The notes beneath the pieces were generated by a model. That model searched no databases. It was not told the origin of the DNA and worked only from the letters and a program-made list of their open reading frames with translations. A DNA stretch of 34,597 nt from Candidatus Woesearchaeota archaeon (lineage in GTDB: Archaea > Nanobdellota > Nanobdellia > SCGC-AAA011-G17 > UBA489): assembly GCA_964508385.1 (NCBI GenBank), contig CAZDTM010000001.1:2709-37305 (forward strand), in the 5' to 3' direction. This document shows, one piece after another, positions 9,361-16,986 of this stretch; position 1 is the stretch's first letter, and every line of letters starts with the position of its first letter. The position numbers were made by a program, and so were the translations under genes.

Positions 9361-9374
9361 CTTTTTATCATAAA
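9361..9374 (-). promoter_or_regulatory. candidate TATA box of the four-gene operon
   Basis: The minus strand reads TTTATGATAAAAAG about 40 nt upstream of the GTG at 9328. Confidence 0.3.
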
Positions 9375-9395
9375 CAAAGGCTTAAACTAGCTTTT

Positions 9396-9956
9396 CTAGA
9401 TTTTCCAAGGTTTATAAAGGTTTTCTTTGATGGCTTTTTTGGCTGTCTTACTTATGTAACTGTTTTTCATGGTGCGATAGATGCCGCCCCTGCCTTTGGC
9501 TAGCTTAGCCGCTTTTCTTTTGAGAAGTGCATAACGTCTTGCTTCGTCCGGATGAACCCGAAGGTAATGGCACAGAGCGAGCATAGAACGCTCTACTTTG
9601 CTTCCTTTGTGGGTTAAATGGAGGTGTATTCTTTTTACTTTCTTCCTCACAAAAATGTCTTTTGTAAAGAAGATGCGCGTTGGATGTTTTGTTGTTTTCT
9701 TCTGAGTATACCCTTCATTTTCTAAAATTTGCGCTGCTCTTCGTGTTGTTGCTCTCGGTACGGTGATTAGCACATCAAGAATACCCTTACCGCCCAGACC
9801 AGGAATCGCTGTGCTTCCTACATGAAAAACTGATGCCGATGAGCCGAGAAAGCGTTGAAGTTTTACTTTCTCTCGTCTAAACAAGCTCTTACTCTGCTCT
9901 GAATAAGGACGAAAACGATACTTCTCGAAGGTTGTGTTGATCTTGCTCTTTTTCAT
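9396..9956 (-). CDS. GrpB/UPF0157 family (nucleotidyltransferase-fold) protein
   Basis: 186 aa. HVGSTAIPGLGGKGILDVLI and HLHL..GS.....L.FRDYL-like (HLHLTHKGSKVERSMLALCHYLRVHPDEARRY) motifs are typical of GrpB. Confidence 0.65.
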   Translation of the reverse strand: MKKSKINTTFEKYRFRPYSEQSKSLFRREKVKLQRFLGSSASVFHVGSTAIPGLGGKGILDVLITVPRATTRRAAQILENEGYTQKKTTKHPTRIFFTKDIFVRKKVKRIHLHLTHKGSKVERSMLALCHYLRVHPDEARRYALLKRKAAKLAKGRGGIYRTMKNSYISKTAKKAIKENLYKPWKI

Positions 9957-9966
9957 TGAGGAACAC

Positions 9967-10038
9967 TGGGCCCGACAGGAATTGAACCTGTGACCTTATC
10001 CACGTCAAGGATACGTCATACCACTAGACTACGGGCCC
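9967..10038 (-). tRNA. tRNA-Val (anticodon GAC)
   Basis: The reverse complement folds with acceptor GGGCCCG/CGGGCCC and discriminator A. Anticodon stem TATCC/GGATA with loop TTGACGT. T arm ACAGG-TTCAATT-CCTGT. Confidence 0.9.
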
Positions 10039-10079
10039 TTTTGGCGATTTTCTTGATTAGACAAGTAACAAAAACAACC

Positions 10080-10436
10080 GCGCGTTGTAGAAGTGCCGGG
10101 GCATGTTTGACGAAAATAATCAGAATTACCATTGAAACAGCCCATTCTTGGCGGCTTGGTTGCGGGCAAAATAGTCAAAAAAATACAGGGAGCCAATCCC
10201 CGGTACAACGGACGTGGGGGTTGCTGCGATCCTGGTGTGACCGTTTCTGCGCTCAATTCGCAGGGGTGATTTGCGCCCCCTTCTATTTCTTCCCGTAATC
10301 TGCGGTCTATAGACCTTAATGCTCCTTCTTGGCTTCTTCCCGCTAAATCACTAAGCGCAGACCTTACTGCTCCTAAAACATGCACTTCACGTACCATGTT
10401 ATAACCCCCACTAGAGTGATGCGTCACCATTTTTTT
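10080..10436. ncRNA. candidate structured RNA of unknown class (RNase P RNA-like or other); strand unresolved
   Basis: No credible ORF, and locally GC-rich. Long-range complementarity: 10089-10094 with 10383-10388, 10101-10107 with 10376-10382, and 10092-10100 with 10198-10206. Local hairpins at 10247-10263 and 10304-10315. Oligo-T runs flank the region on both strands. Confidence 0.35.
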
Positions 10437-10471
10437 GGGCTGTTAAAAAGATTGTGGTTCTTACTCAGATT

Positions 10472-10478
10472 AAAAAAA
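10472..10478 (-). terminator. oligo-T terminator after tRNA-Thr
   Basis: Seven T on the minus strand immediately after the discriminator base. Confidence 0.5.
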
Positions 10479-10564
10479 AGCCACCGAAGGGATTTGAACC
10501 CCCGACCCCGAGTTTTTTTGGTGCTTTACAAAACTCGTGCTCTACCAGCCTGAGCTACGGTGGC
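10479..10564 (-). tRNA. tRNA-Thr (anticodon UGU) with a putative 12-nt intron at the canonical 37/38 position
   Basis: The reverse complement gives acceptor GCCACCG/CGGTGGC with discriminator U, and D arm GCTC-AGGCTGGTA-GAGC. Anticodon stem CGAGT/ACTCG encloses 19 nt (TTTGTA + AAGCACCAAAAA + A). T arm GGGGG-TTCAAAT-CCCTT. Confidence 0.75.
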
Positions 10565-10587
10565 GTTAAATAAAAGGTTGTTTGCGT

Positions 10588-10596
10588 CTTTAAAAG
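10588..10596 (-). promoter_or_regulatory. candidate TATA box for tRNA-Thr
   Basis: The minus strand reads CTTTTAAAG, centred about 28 nt upstream of the tRNA 5' end at 10564. Confidence 0.4.
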
Positions 10597-10606
10597 GGTT
10601 TTGTGG

Positions 10607-11476
10607 CTAACCCGTTATTACAGAAAGAAGGAGGACGCCAATTACTGTTAATGCTACGCCTGCTTTCTGGTGATGTTGCATTTTTTCTCTATTAAGGAAT
10701 ACGCCTAACAATACTGCGATGGCGATATAGCTTTCGCTGATCGTTGTCGCGAGTGAAATCGGAATTAGTGTTGTTGCAAAGCCATAAAAAATCCAGGCTG
10801 CATTATCCAGTATACTTTGTGTTACGATGAGGCGCGGGTGCTTCTTGAAATCGCTGAAGAGCGTTGTTATTTCTCCGCTTCCGATCAGATAGATCAGGAT
10901 AATGATTGTCAGCACCAGGTGCACAAACCACACAGTCAAAAGTGGCGAAAGATCTTGGCTGCCAACGCCAAACAAAAAGTTCGTTAGTCCCATTCCTATC
11001 GCGCCCAAACCAGCGAGCATGGCACCTTTTTCGATGAGGCGTCGATGATAAAAGAGGCGCGTGTAGTGCACAGTTACTGCTAATAAAAGGCCGATGAAAA
11101 CCACGAGCATGAGCGCCGCTTGCGTTGTTGTTGGGTGCTCGTTTCGCAAGAAAATGCTGAGGCCGATTGTTATTGGTAACTCGATGCCTAAGATTGGTTC
11201 GATGATGGCAAACTTCCCTTCCTTGAGCGCTTCAAAATCAAAAAGAGCAGTAAAGAGCACGACGATAGAAGTGATTCCAAGAAAGAGTAAACCATTGCTC
11301 ACTGAAAAAAGAAGGCCGAGATCATTTTGCACAAAAGGAAAAATGCCTATTGCGCCAAAAGCAGTAATGAAGAACAGCGCTTTCCAGATGCCGATGACTC
11401 GTGATGTTTTTTGTATAAAAAAGTCGCCAAAAGCCCAGCAAAAGAGCGCGCCTAATGCAAACAAAACGCCTAACAT
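10607..11476 (-). CDS. EamA/DMT-superfamily transporter
   Basis: 289 aa with about 10 TM segments in two similar halves. The N-terminus ALFCWAFGDFFIQK is typical of EamA. Confidence 0.6.
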   Translation of the reverse strand: MLGVLFALGALFCWAFGDFFIQKTSRVIGIWKALFFITAFGAIGIFPFVQNDLGLLFSVSNGLLFLGITSIVVLFTALFDFEALKEGKFAIIEPILGIELPITIGLSIFLRNEHPTTTQAALMLVVFIGLLLAVTVHYTRLFYHRRLIEKGAMLAGLGAIGMGLTNFLFGVGSQDLSPLLTVWFVHLVLTIIILIYLIGSGEITTLFSDFKKHPRLIVTQSILDNAAWIFYGFATTLIPISLATTISESYIAIAVLLGVFLNREKMQHHQKAGVALTVIGVLLLSVITG

Positions 11477-11505
11477 CTGACGATAACCCCCTTCTTTACG
11501 ATGAG

Positions 11506-11757
11506 CTACTCATCGTCGCATAGATCAACACCAAACAGTGCTCCAGTAACCTCAGACATTGGTTTTAACATTGATTCACATTTGACATTCACAAAGAGTT
11601 GTGTTCCTTCAGAAGACTGCTGATACAGAAGATCCACTTGCGTTCGCTGCTCCAGAGCATATTCAGTTGAAGAGGGGGAAGATATTGCAACAAGGTATGC
11701 GACGAGGAGGATAATGGCGGCGAAGAAGAAGATGCGAATTTCTGCTGGTCTTTCCAT
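11506..11757 (-). CDS. small membrane-anchored protein, unknown function
   Basis: 83 aa with one N-terminal TM segment (IRIFFFAAIILLVAYLVAI). A TATA-like TTTTTATAG (11779-11787) is centred 26 nt upstream of the ATG, the leaderless spacing seen at other genes here. Confidence 0.5.
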   Translation of the reverse strand: MERPAEIRIFFFAAIILLVAYLVAISSPSSTEYALEQRTQVDLLYQQSSEGTQLFVNVKCESMLKPMSEVTGALFGVDLCDDE

Positions 11758-11858
11758 GCCATTACAGGCAGGATCCGCTATAAAAAGCTTTTTCTTCAGT
11801 TGCGAAGGAGACGCTAAGAGCGGTTAGAGGAGTCAAGAAGGATGTAAACGCAGTTGAT

Positions 11859-12263
11859 TTAGAACAGCTCTTTTCCAAGAATTGCATGCTCTAAGCTGCC
11901 TTTTCTCGCGCCGTACGCGAAGGTCATGAGGAATGCGAGCAGAAACAACAGGGCTGGTGCTCCTTTGTTGACTGCGGGATTCCAACCTCCTGTCGCAACA
12001 TGTCCGATGAGATATGCAACTAACATTTCAATGACGCCGAAGAGCGACGCAAGACGCGTTAACACACCAACTACCAACGCCAGCCCAATAAGAAGCTCTG
12101 CTGCACCAGCATACCACACTAGCGTTCCAAAAGAAGCGGCGCCGCCGGGCATGTCCCACAATCCAAAGATCTTTTGCAGGCCATACATGAGGAAGAGTGC
12201 ACCAATACCTATGCGAAAGATAACATAAAGAGATTCATTGTATTTTGTGTTGAGTATTCCCAT
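11859..12263 (-). CDS. DoxX-family membrane protein
   Basis: 134 aa with 4 TM segments. RIGIGALFLMYGLQKIFG is a DoxX-like N-terminal motif. Starts 9 nt after the top6A stop. Confidence 0.55.
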   Translation of the reverse strand: MGILNTKYNESLYVIFRIGIGALFLMYGLQKIFGLWDMPGGAASFGTLVWYAGAAELLIGLALVVGVLTRLASLFGVIEMLVAYLIGHVATGGWNPAVNKGAPALLFLLAFLMTFAYGARKGSLEHAILGKELF

Positions 12264-12272
12264 TTTCTTTCC

Positions 12273-13376
12273 TTATTCTAAGAATTCCTTATTCTTAATC
12301 TTTTCAGGCAAATACTTTTCACTGATGAAACTGATTCCTTTTGTTGATAAGGCCTGAATTTCTACTTTTCCATTCATCTCTTTCATCATTTTGAATTGAC
12401 GTTGCCAGTCTTTATTATTCTTAAACCAGTCATACTCCGATATTTGCTTGATTCTAGCCATATCCTGCTCGGTTAATTTGATTATGTGCTTTTTGAGGTC
12501 ATACTTGATTATGTCGTCCATTGTTATACCGACATACTTCACATTGGGGATTGTTAATCTTTCAGCTGCGTGAGCTAATGCAATTGAGCCATACTTAATT
12601 ACAGAATAAATATAGGCACCAAAAATATCTCCGTCACAGAGAACGTAAATAGGCAAACTTTTTTCTTCTGAAAGCCTCTGTAAAAGTCGTCTAATACCCC
12701 GCGTTGTTTGGCCTTGTGAGGTGACCAGGAGACAATTATTCTTCTGCCAGAATTTATCCTCGTTCAATCGTTCAAAAATTGCTGCTTTCTCCATGTAGAG
12801 AACGTACTTCGCATCGACTTTCTTGAATTTGATCTCGTCAGTAATAGAAGGAACAGAGTATCCGCCGCGTCCGAGCTTAGAACAATCGATAGTATCTCCA
12901 CTGTCTTCAAGGACAAGGCTGCCAACCATGCTTCCCATCTTGTTCGCAGAAACATGCAGTTGCTCACGGGAGAGATCGGCGATGACCTCCAAGTCTTCAA
13001 TCACTTTGTCGCTTTCTGTCTGTTCGTCGACAATGTTGACATTTGTGCCTGGGATGGTGCGCTTGGCCATATAGAAAACGTCTCTGAGATGTTCGTGTTT
13101 TCCTGTGTCGAGAAGCTCTTTTTTGAGAATGCGGGCGACTTCAATGGTTTGGAGGAATTTTTTGGCGTGAGCAACATTGAAGAAACTGCGGGTGCCCATT
13201 TTGTCGCCGAGCTTCAACGTCTTTGATTTTTCGTCGAAGACAACGTTGCTGAGGTTACGAAGAGCAAACTCGATTTCTGGATTTTTTCCTTTCTCGATAT
13301 CATGGACTATCTTGGCGCCAAGCTTCTTCAGTTTTTCAGATCCTTCGTTACTTTCCTTTGCCATTTTCTTCTCCAT
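12273..13376 (-). CDS. top6A: DNA topoisomerase VI subunit A (Spo11 homologue)
   Basis: 367 aa. Has the HLRDVFY catalytic-Tyr region and Toprim motifs (VLYMEKAAIF, LLVTSQGQTTRG, LCDGDIFG). Overlaps the top6B 3' end by 29 nt. Confidence 0.9.
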   Translation of the reverse strand: MEKKMAKESNEGSEKLKKLGAKIVHDIEKGKNPEIEFALRNLSNVVFDEKSKTLKLGDKMGTRSFFNVAHAKKFLQTIEVARILKKELLDTGKHEHLRDVFYMAKRTIPGTNVNIVDEQTESDKVIEDLEVIADLSREQLHVSANKMGSMVGSLVLEDSGDTIDCSKLGRGGYSVPSITDEIKFKKVDAKYVLYMEKAAIFERLNEDKFWQKNNCLLVTSQGQTTRGIRRLLQRLSEEKSLPIYVLCDGDIFGAYIYSVIKYGSIALAHAAERLTIPNVKYVGITMDDIIKYDLKKHIIKLTEQDMARIKQISEYDWFKNNKDWQRQFKMMKEMNGKVEIQALSTKGISFISEKYLPEKIKNKEFLE

Positions 13377-16300
13377 TTGCTTGCGCCAAAATATCCGACA
13401 TGCCCTTCTTTAATATTTTTTGAAGTTCTGTAACAATTATCTCTTTTTTCTTGCCAGTTAAATCTGCAAGCGCGTCTGCTACTTCTGGAATGTATTTTTC
13501 GAATAAGGAAACACGTTCTTTTGCTTCTCGCGCCCGGACATGTTGCCTTATGTAAATGTTCAGTTTGCGCCCACATTCTTGAACTGCGAGTTTGATTTCC
13601 TTGATGATCTCGTCATAATGAGCAACGGCATCTTTTGCTTCTGATGTAAACGGAACCCAAACAGACGCCATATGCACCACAATGGCAACTGGCCCTACAG
13701 GGAGGTTGTCTCCAGATTGTTGCAGCCCGTATGCCTTCCAGTTGGTTTCTTGCACTGCGCGCGTGACCGAACATGCTCCTTGTTGATACAGAAGAGGAAC
13801 CCGGTTCGCGAAGCGAAGAAGTCTGACTGCTCCCTCTTTATCCACTGATCCGCCATAAGCGATTGCTACTTCGATAAGGAACGGAAAACCGCGGTAGACA
13901 CTTGGTTGCCTTGACACGGCAGTGTAAAAATCTGCGGCAATTTCCTTTTTTAGGCCCCTCACTAGCGCTTCTTCACCAATCGGACTTAAGCAGTCGGTTG
14001 GGGGGGCGATGACTTTTACTTCCTGCATTGCTTTGAACAAACGTTCCGCCTCTTGGTGTGTTACTGAGTGCGGTTTGTAATCTGCCTGTAATAATGCCTT
14101 CTCGCACATTTCTTTTGCTGTTCCTGCACCAATACGAGAGAATTCAGTTGTTAAGAATCCTTGAAGCGTGCGTGAAGATGTTTCTTCCATCATACGAATA
14201 AGCGTTCCTACCTCAATGCCGTACGGGTGGGGCTTGATCTCTTTTGCTTCGGCCGGCAATTGATTGATAACGCGCGGGAACTCTATTTTTTCGTTGTCTG
14301 GAGTCAGCAATGTGAAACGAGCGTGAGGATTAACAATTGCTGCTTGTTTGATAAATTCATCGACAGACTGTTTTCCTTTCTGGTATTTTCCTTCAAGTTC
14401 TAATTCCACCTTTGTTCCGTGCTCTTTTTTCCACTCTATCTCCTTTTCTGCGAGGATCTTTGGCTCGTTTCTTTTTGTGTCAATTTGCAGTTCGTAATAA
14501 TGGGCTGGTTTTTTTGGATCAGTGCGAGAGGTAATTTTTGTTACTTTGCCTGTTGTGAGCTGGGCATACAGAACAGATGCAGAAATTCCTATTCCCTGCT
14601 GCCCGCGACTGTTATGGCATGCAATCCCACCGATACCGCCAACAAAGTTTTCACACCCAGGAACCGAAAGATCGTAAACATAGTCATAACCTTGGGTTAT
14701 CATTTCTACTTCTCTGATTTGCACAAAAGCTAAATCTCCGGGGTCGAGTTCTTGTGCTACAACCCCCAACACATTTCCAGAGTTATACTCAATGAGTCTT
14801 CTCTTCTTTCTTCCGATACTTCGAGCATAGACATGTGAACCATCTAGAGCTGAACCATAGATGCTCACTTTGTGAGTCATTGTTTCGATTTTTCCAAGTC
14901 CTTTTTCTAAGCGGGATCCATACGAAGAAGTGATTCCGTTCATTAAAAATAGGTATTGCAGGCCTATAGCCAGGTTTTTGCTCTTTGTTCCAAACATGAG
15001 GCTATTTCTGTCTTTGACTTTGTGACCGTCTCCCTGACAGTAACCATCAATAAAGTGCCACCTAAGATCCTCATTGACTCTAAAAACAAACTCAGGAATT
15101 CTCTTATTAAATGCTCCTTTGCCGCATACATTTTTTATAAACTTTACAAAAAGATTGTTGAATAGTTTAACGCGGATGCTTCTTTCCCGTAGTTCAGTAC
15201 TGCTTCCCAAACCAAGTATTTGGGCGAAAGAAAGCACTTCGTTGATTAATGCTTGTTCATGTTTTCCAAATGTTAGTCCCAGCTGTCTTAAGCCTGGATG
15301 TCCTTCTGCAATGTAAACTCCTAGAAATCTCAAGAATTCTTTGCTAAGCGAAAGTGTAACTGGTAACTGGTGCTTTCGGCCGTGATAATAAGTAACAATC
15401 TGCCCTTCTTTGACCTCATGTATCAAGTTTAACTTGCATACCATCTGAAGCGGCAAAAATCCTTTTGTGATGTACTGCTTCATGCTGTCATCTAGTACAT
15501 CTAAAGAAACACCGCCCAAGTTTACTCGATAAAATCTTCTACTCTTATCAACTTTTTTATGGACAATTTCTGCGCTATCCCTCAATTTTTTTACAATGTC
15601 TCGAATGCCGTATACATAGAACCAATTTCTTCTTATGTCTGTGTAGGAGAGGTACTCCAGTACATTTATCTCATAAATGTTTTCTACTTCTGGTAGCTTG
15701 CTGGGCACAACAATATAATCTCCCTTCTTCAGTGATCGTGCTTCAACGCTTTCAACTTTCTCTGTTTTTTGGTTATAGGTGAATAAGCTGTGACAACCAG
15801 TTACTTTTATTTCTTTGTTATATTCTGTCCTTATCTTCAAGATCTCATTTTCTCGTTTGTGTCTAATGACATGACTTACTCTACGCAGGTGATACTTCTT
15901 TGAAAGGGGATCAAATGCTGGAACTTGGATGTCTAAGAAAGATATATTCTGTTCCTCCTTTTCCTTTCCTAAGAAATGGTCTACAAACTCTCCAATGGGG
16001 ATTAGTTCGACTTTGTTATTGCGTTTGATGAAAATTGGTTCATCTGCTGTTAACGATTGCCTCAAATGATGAAATTTGGAACCATAGAGCAGCTTTCCAA
16101 AGACTCGTGGAATTTGCTCTTTGACAATGCCCGGGCCATTGTCTTCTACGCTGACATGGTATCTGTTCTCGGCTGTTTGCTTGATGTGAACCAAGATCTC
16201 GGGTAGTACTTTCATTTCTGCACAGGCGTCGAGAGAGTTATCAACTGCTTCTTTCACAGTCATCAACAATGCGCGCATGGGGTTATCAAAACCAAGAAGA

Positions 16301-16413
16301 TGGCGATTTTTTGCGAAGAATTCAGAAACGGAAATCTCTTTTTGCTGTTTTGCCAACTCTTCCGCTTTTATTGTGTGCGCTGTCGCTTCCTTTTCTTTCA
16401 TCTGATGTGGCAT
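13348..16413 (-). CDS. top6B: DNA topoisomerase VI subunit B, interrupted by an intein
   Basis: GHKL motifs EAVDNSLDA, DNGPGI and SRGQQGIG. 1021 aa with the intein, about 539 aa without it. The TATA-like box at 16423-16431 suggests the real (leaderless) start may be the second in-frame ATG at 16401. Confidence 0.9.
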   Translation of the reverse strand: MPHQMKEKEATAHTIKAEELAKQQKEISVSEFFAKNRHLLGFDNPMRALLMTVKEAVDNSLDACAEMKVLPEILVHIKQTAENRYHVSVEDNGPGIVKEQIPRVFGKLLYGSKFHHLRQSLTADEPIFIKRNNKVELIPIGEFVDHFLGKEKEEQNISFLDIQVPAFDPLSKKYHLRRVSHVIRHKRENEILKIRTEYNKEIKVTGCHSLFTYNQKTEKVESVEARSLKKGDYIVVPSKLPEVENIYEINVLEYLSYTDIRRNWFYVYGIRDIVKKLRDSAEIVHKKVDKSRRFYRVNLGGVSLDVLDDSMKQYITKGFLPLQMVCKLNLIHEVKEGQIVTYYHGRKHQLPVTLSLSKEFLRFLGVYIAEGHPGLRQLGLTFGKHEQALINEVLSFAQILGLGSSTELRERSIRVKLFNNLFVKFIKNVCGKGAFNKRIPEFVFRVNEDLRWHFIDGYCQGDGHKVKDRNSLMFGTKSKNLAIGLQYLFLMNGITSSYGSRLEKGLGKIETMTHKVSIYGSALDGSHVYARSIGRKKRRLIEYNSGNVLGVVAQELDPGDLAFVQIREVEMITQGYDYVYDLSVPGCENFVGGIGGIACHNSRGQQGIGISASVLYAQLTTGKVTKITSRTDPKKPAHYYELQIDTKRNEPKILAEKEIEWKKEHGTKVELELEGKYQKGKQSVDEFIKQAAIVNPHARFTLLTPDNEKIEFPRVINQLPAEAKEIKPHPYGIEVGTLIRMMEETSSRTLQGFLTTEFSRIGAGTAKEMCEKALLQADYKPHSVTHQEAERLFKAMQEVKVIAPPTDCLSPIGEEALVRGLKKEIAADFYTAVSRQPSVYRGFPFLIEVAIAYGGSVDKEGAVRLLRFANRVPLLYQQGACSVTRAVQETNWKAYGLQQSGDNLPVGPVAIVVHMASVWVPFTSEAKDAVAHYDEIIKEIKLAVQECGRKLNIYIRQHVRAREAKERVSLFEKYIPEVADALADLTGKKKEIIVTELQKILKKGMSDILAQANGEENGKGK
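14611..16056 (-). mobile_element. intein (482 aa) with LAGLIDADG homing-endonuclease domain in Top6B
   Basis: Extein junctions are ...KFHHLRQ / SLTADEPIFI... and ...GGIACHN / SRGQQGIG. Block B is KVTGCHSLF. LAGLIDADG-like motifs are LRFLGVYIAEGH and HFIDGYCQGDGH. C-terminal HN is followed by Ser+1. Confidence 0.85.
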
Positions 16414-16422
16414 TTACTGGTG

Positions 16423-16431
16423 TATTTATAA
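16423..16431 (-). promoter_or_regulatory. candidate TATA box for top6B
   Basis: The minus strand reads TTATAAATA, centred 26 nt upstream of the ATG at 16401 and only 14 nt upstream of the ATG at 16413. Confidence 0.4.
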
Positions 16432-16460
16432 GTCTTATGTCGCTGCGTTCATTCCTCTCT

Positions 16461-16985
16461 TTAGAATTTTTCGCGCAGCGATGTGCGTTGTTTCTCAATA
16501 AGATGGTAGACGTTACTGTGCGGTGCGCCTTGAAGAAGTTTTTCTACTGCTGCTTTTGCGAGCATGACATCAGGGATTGCCCCAAGGATGGCAACAGTTT
16601 TTCCGTAGACTGAGAGCTTTGTCTTTGTTAATGACTCAAGCATTTCCCGCGCCTTGCCATTTGTTCCTATGACTCGCGCGCGGATTCTTGTTAGATCATT
16701 TGAATTCTTTCTGGAAAAGTCGGTTATGTCCACGACTTCAAGTGTGTTGTCCTCTTCTAGCAGAACCAACGCTCTGTCTGGACTGAAACCGCGACCGATT
16801 GCCCGGATCACTGTTAACGTCATAAAAACGTGCAACGAATCTTCCCCTGAAATGCATACTTCGCCGTCAGCATTCACTGCGATCTGAGTATCTGTCTTTC
16901 TCTGAATCTTCTGCTTCATCCGCCCTTTGATTCCAACAAGGGCTCCAATGCGCTCCTTTGGAATACGCAACTCCTGCGTGTACAT
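16461..16985 (-). CDS. KH-domain RNA-binding protein (Dim2/Pno1-like)
   Basis: Two KH GXXG motifs (VGIKGRMKQKI, IGTNGKAREML). The start was moved to Met46 of the track ORF (ATG 16985), 1 nt after the aIF-1A stop, which avoids a 134-nt overlap. Confidence 0.75.
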   Translation of the reverse strand: MYTQELRIPKERIGALVGIKGRMKQKIQRKTDTQIAVNADGEVCISGEDSLHVFMTLTVIRAIGRGFSPDRALVLLEEDNTLEVVDITDFSRKNSNDLTRIRARVIGTNGKAREMLESLTKTKLSVYGKTVAILGAIPDVMLAKAAVEKLLQGAPHSNVYHLIEKQRTSLREKF

Positions 16986-16986
16986 T

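Noticed and set aside
10220-10237. Possible SRP (7S) RNA helix-8 motif: the minus strand reads CACCAGGAUCGCAGCAAC, resembling CCAGG...AGCAAC
   Set aside because: The GNAR-capped apical stem (CCC-GGAA-GGG in archaeal SRP RNAs) between the two half-motifs is missing. I could not build helices 5, 6 and 8. This is not enough for an SRP RNA call.
9990-10430. Track ORFs 9990..10298 (+, 102 aa) and 10029..10430 (-, 133 aa)
   Set aside because: Both run through the tRNA-Val gene. Their composition is Arg/Cys/Gly-rich and low-complexity, typical of GC-rich non-coding sequence. The region is better explained as structured RNA.
13348-13376. 29-nt top6B/top6A overlap considered as a possible frameshift or fusion site
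   Set aside because: Both reading frames are complete, with their own start and stop. Overlapping B-A gene order is normal for topo VI operons. Downstream Met5 of Top6A is an alternative start, and either choice still overlaps.
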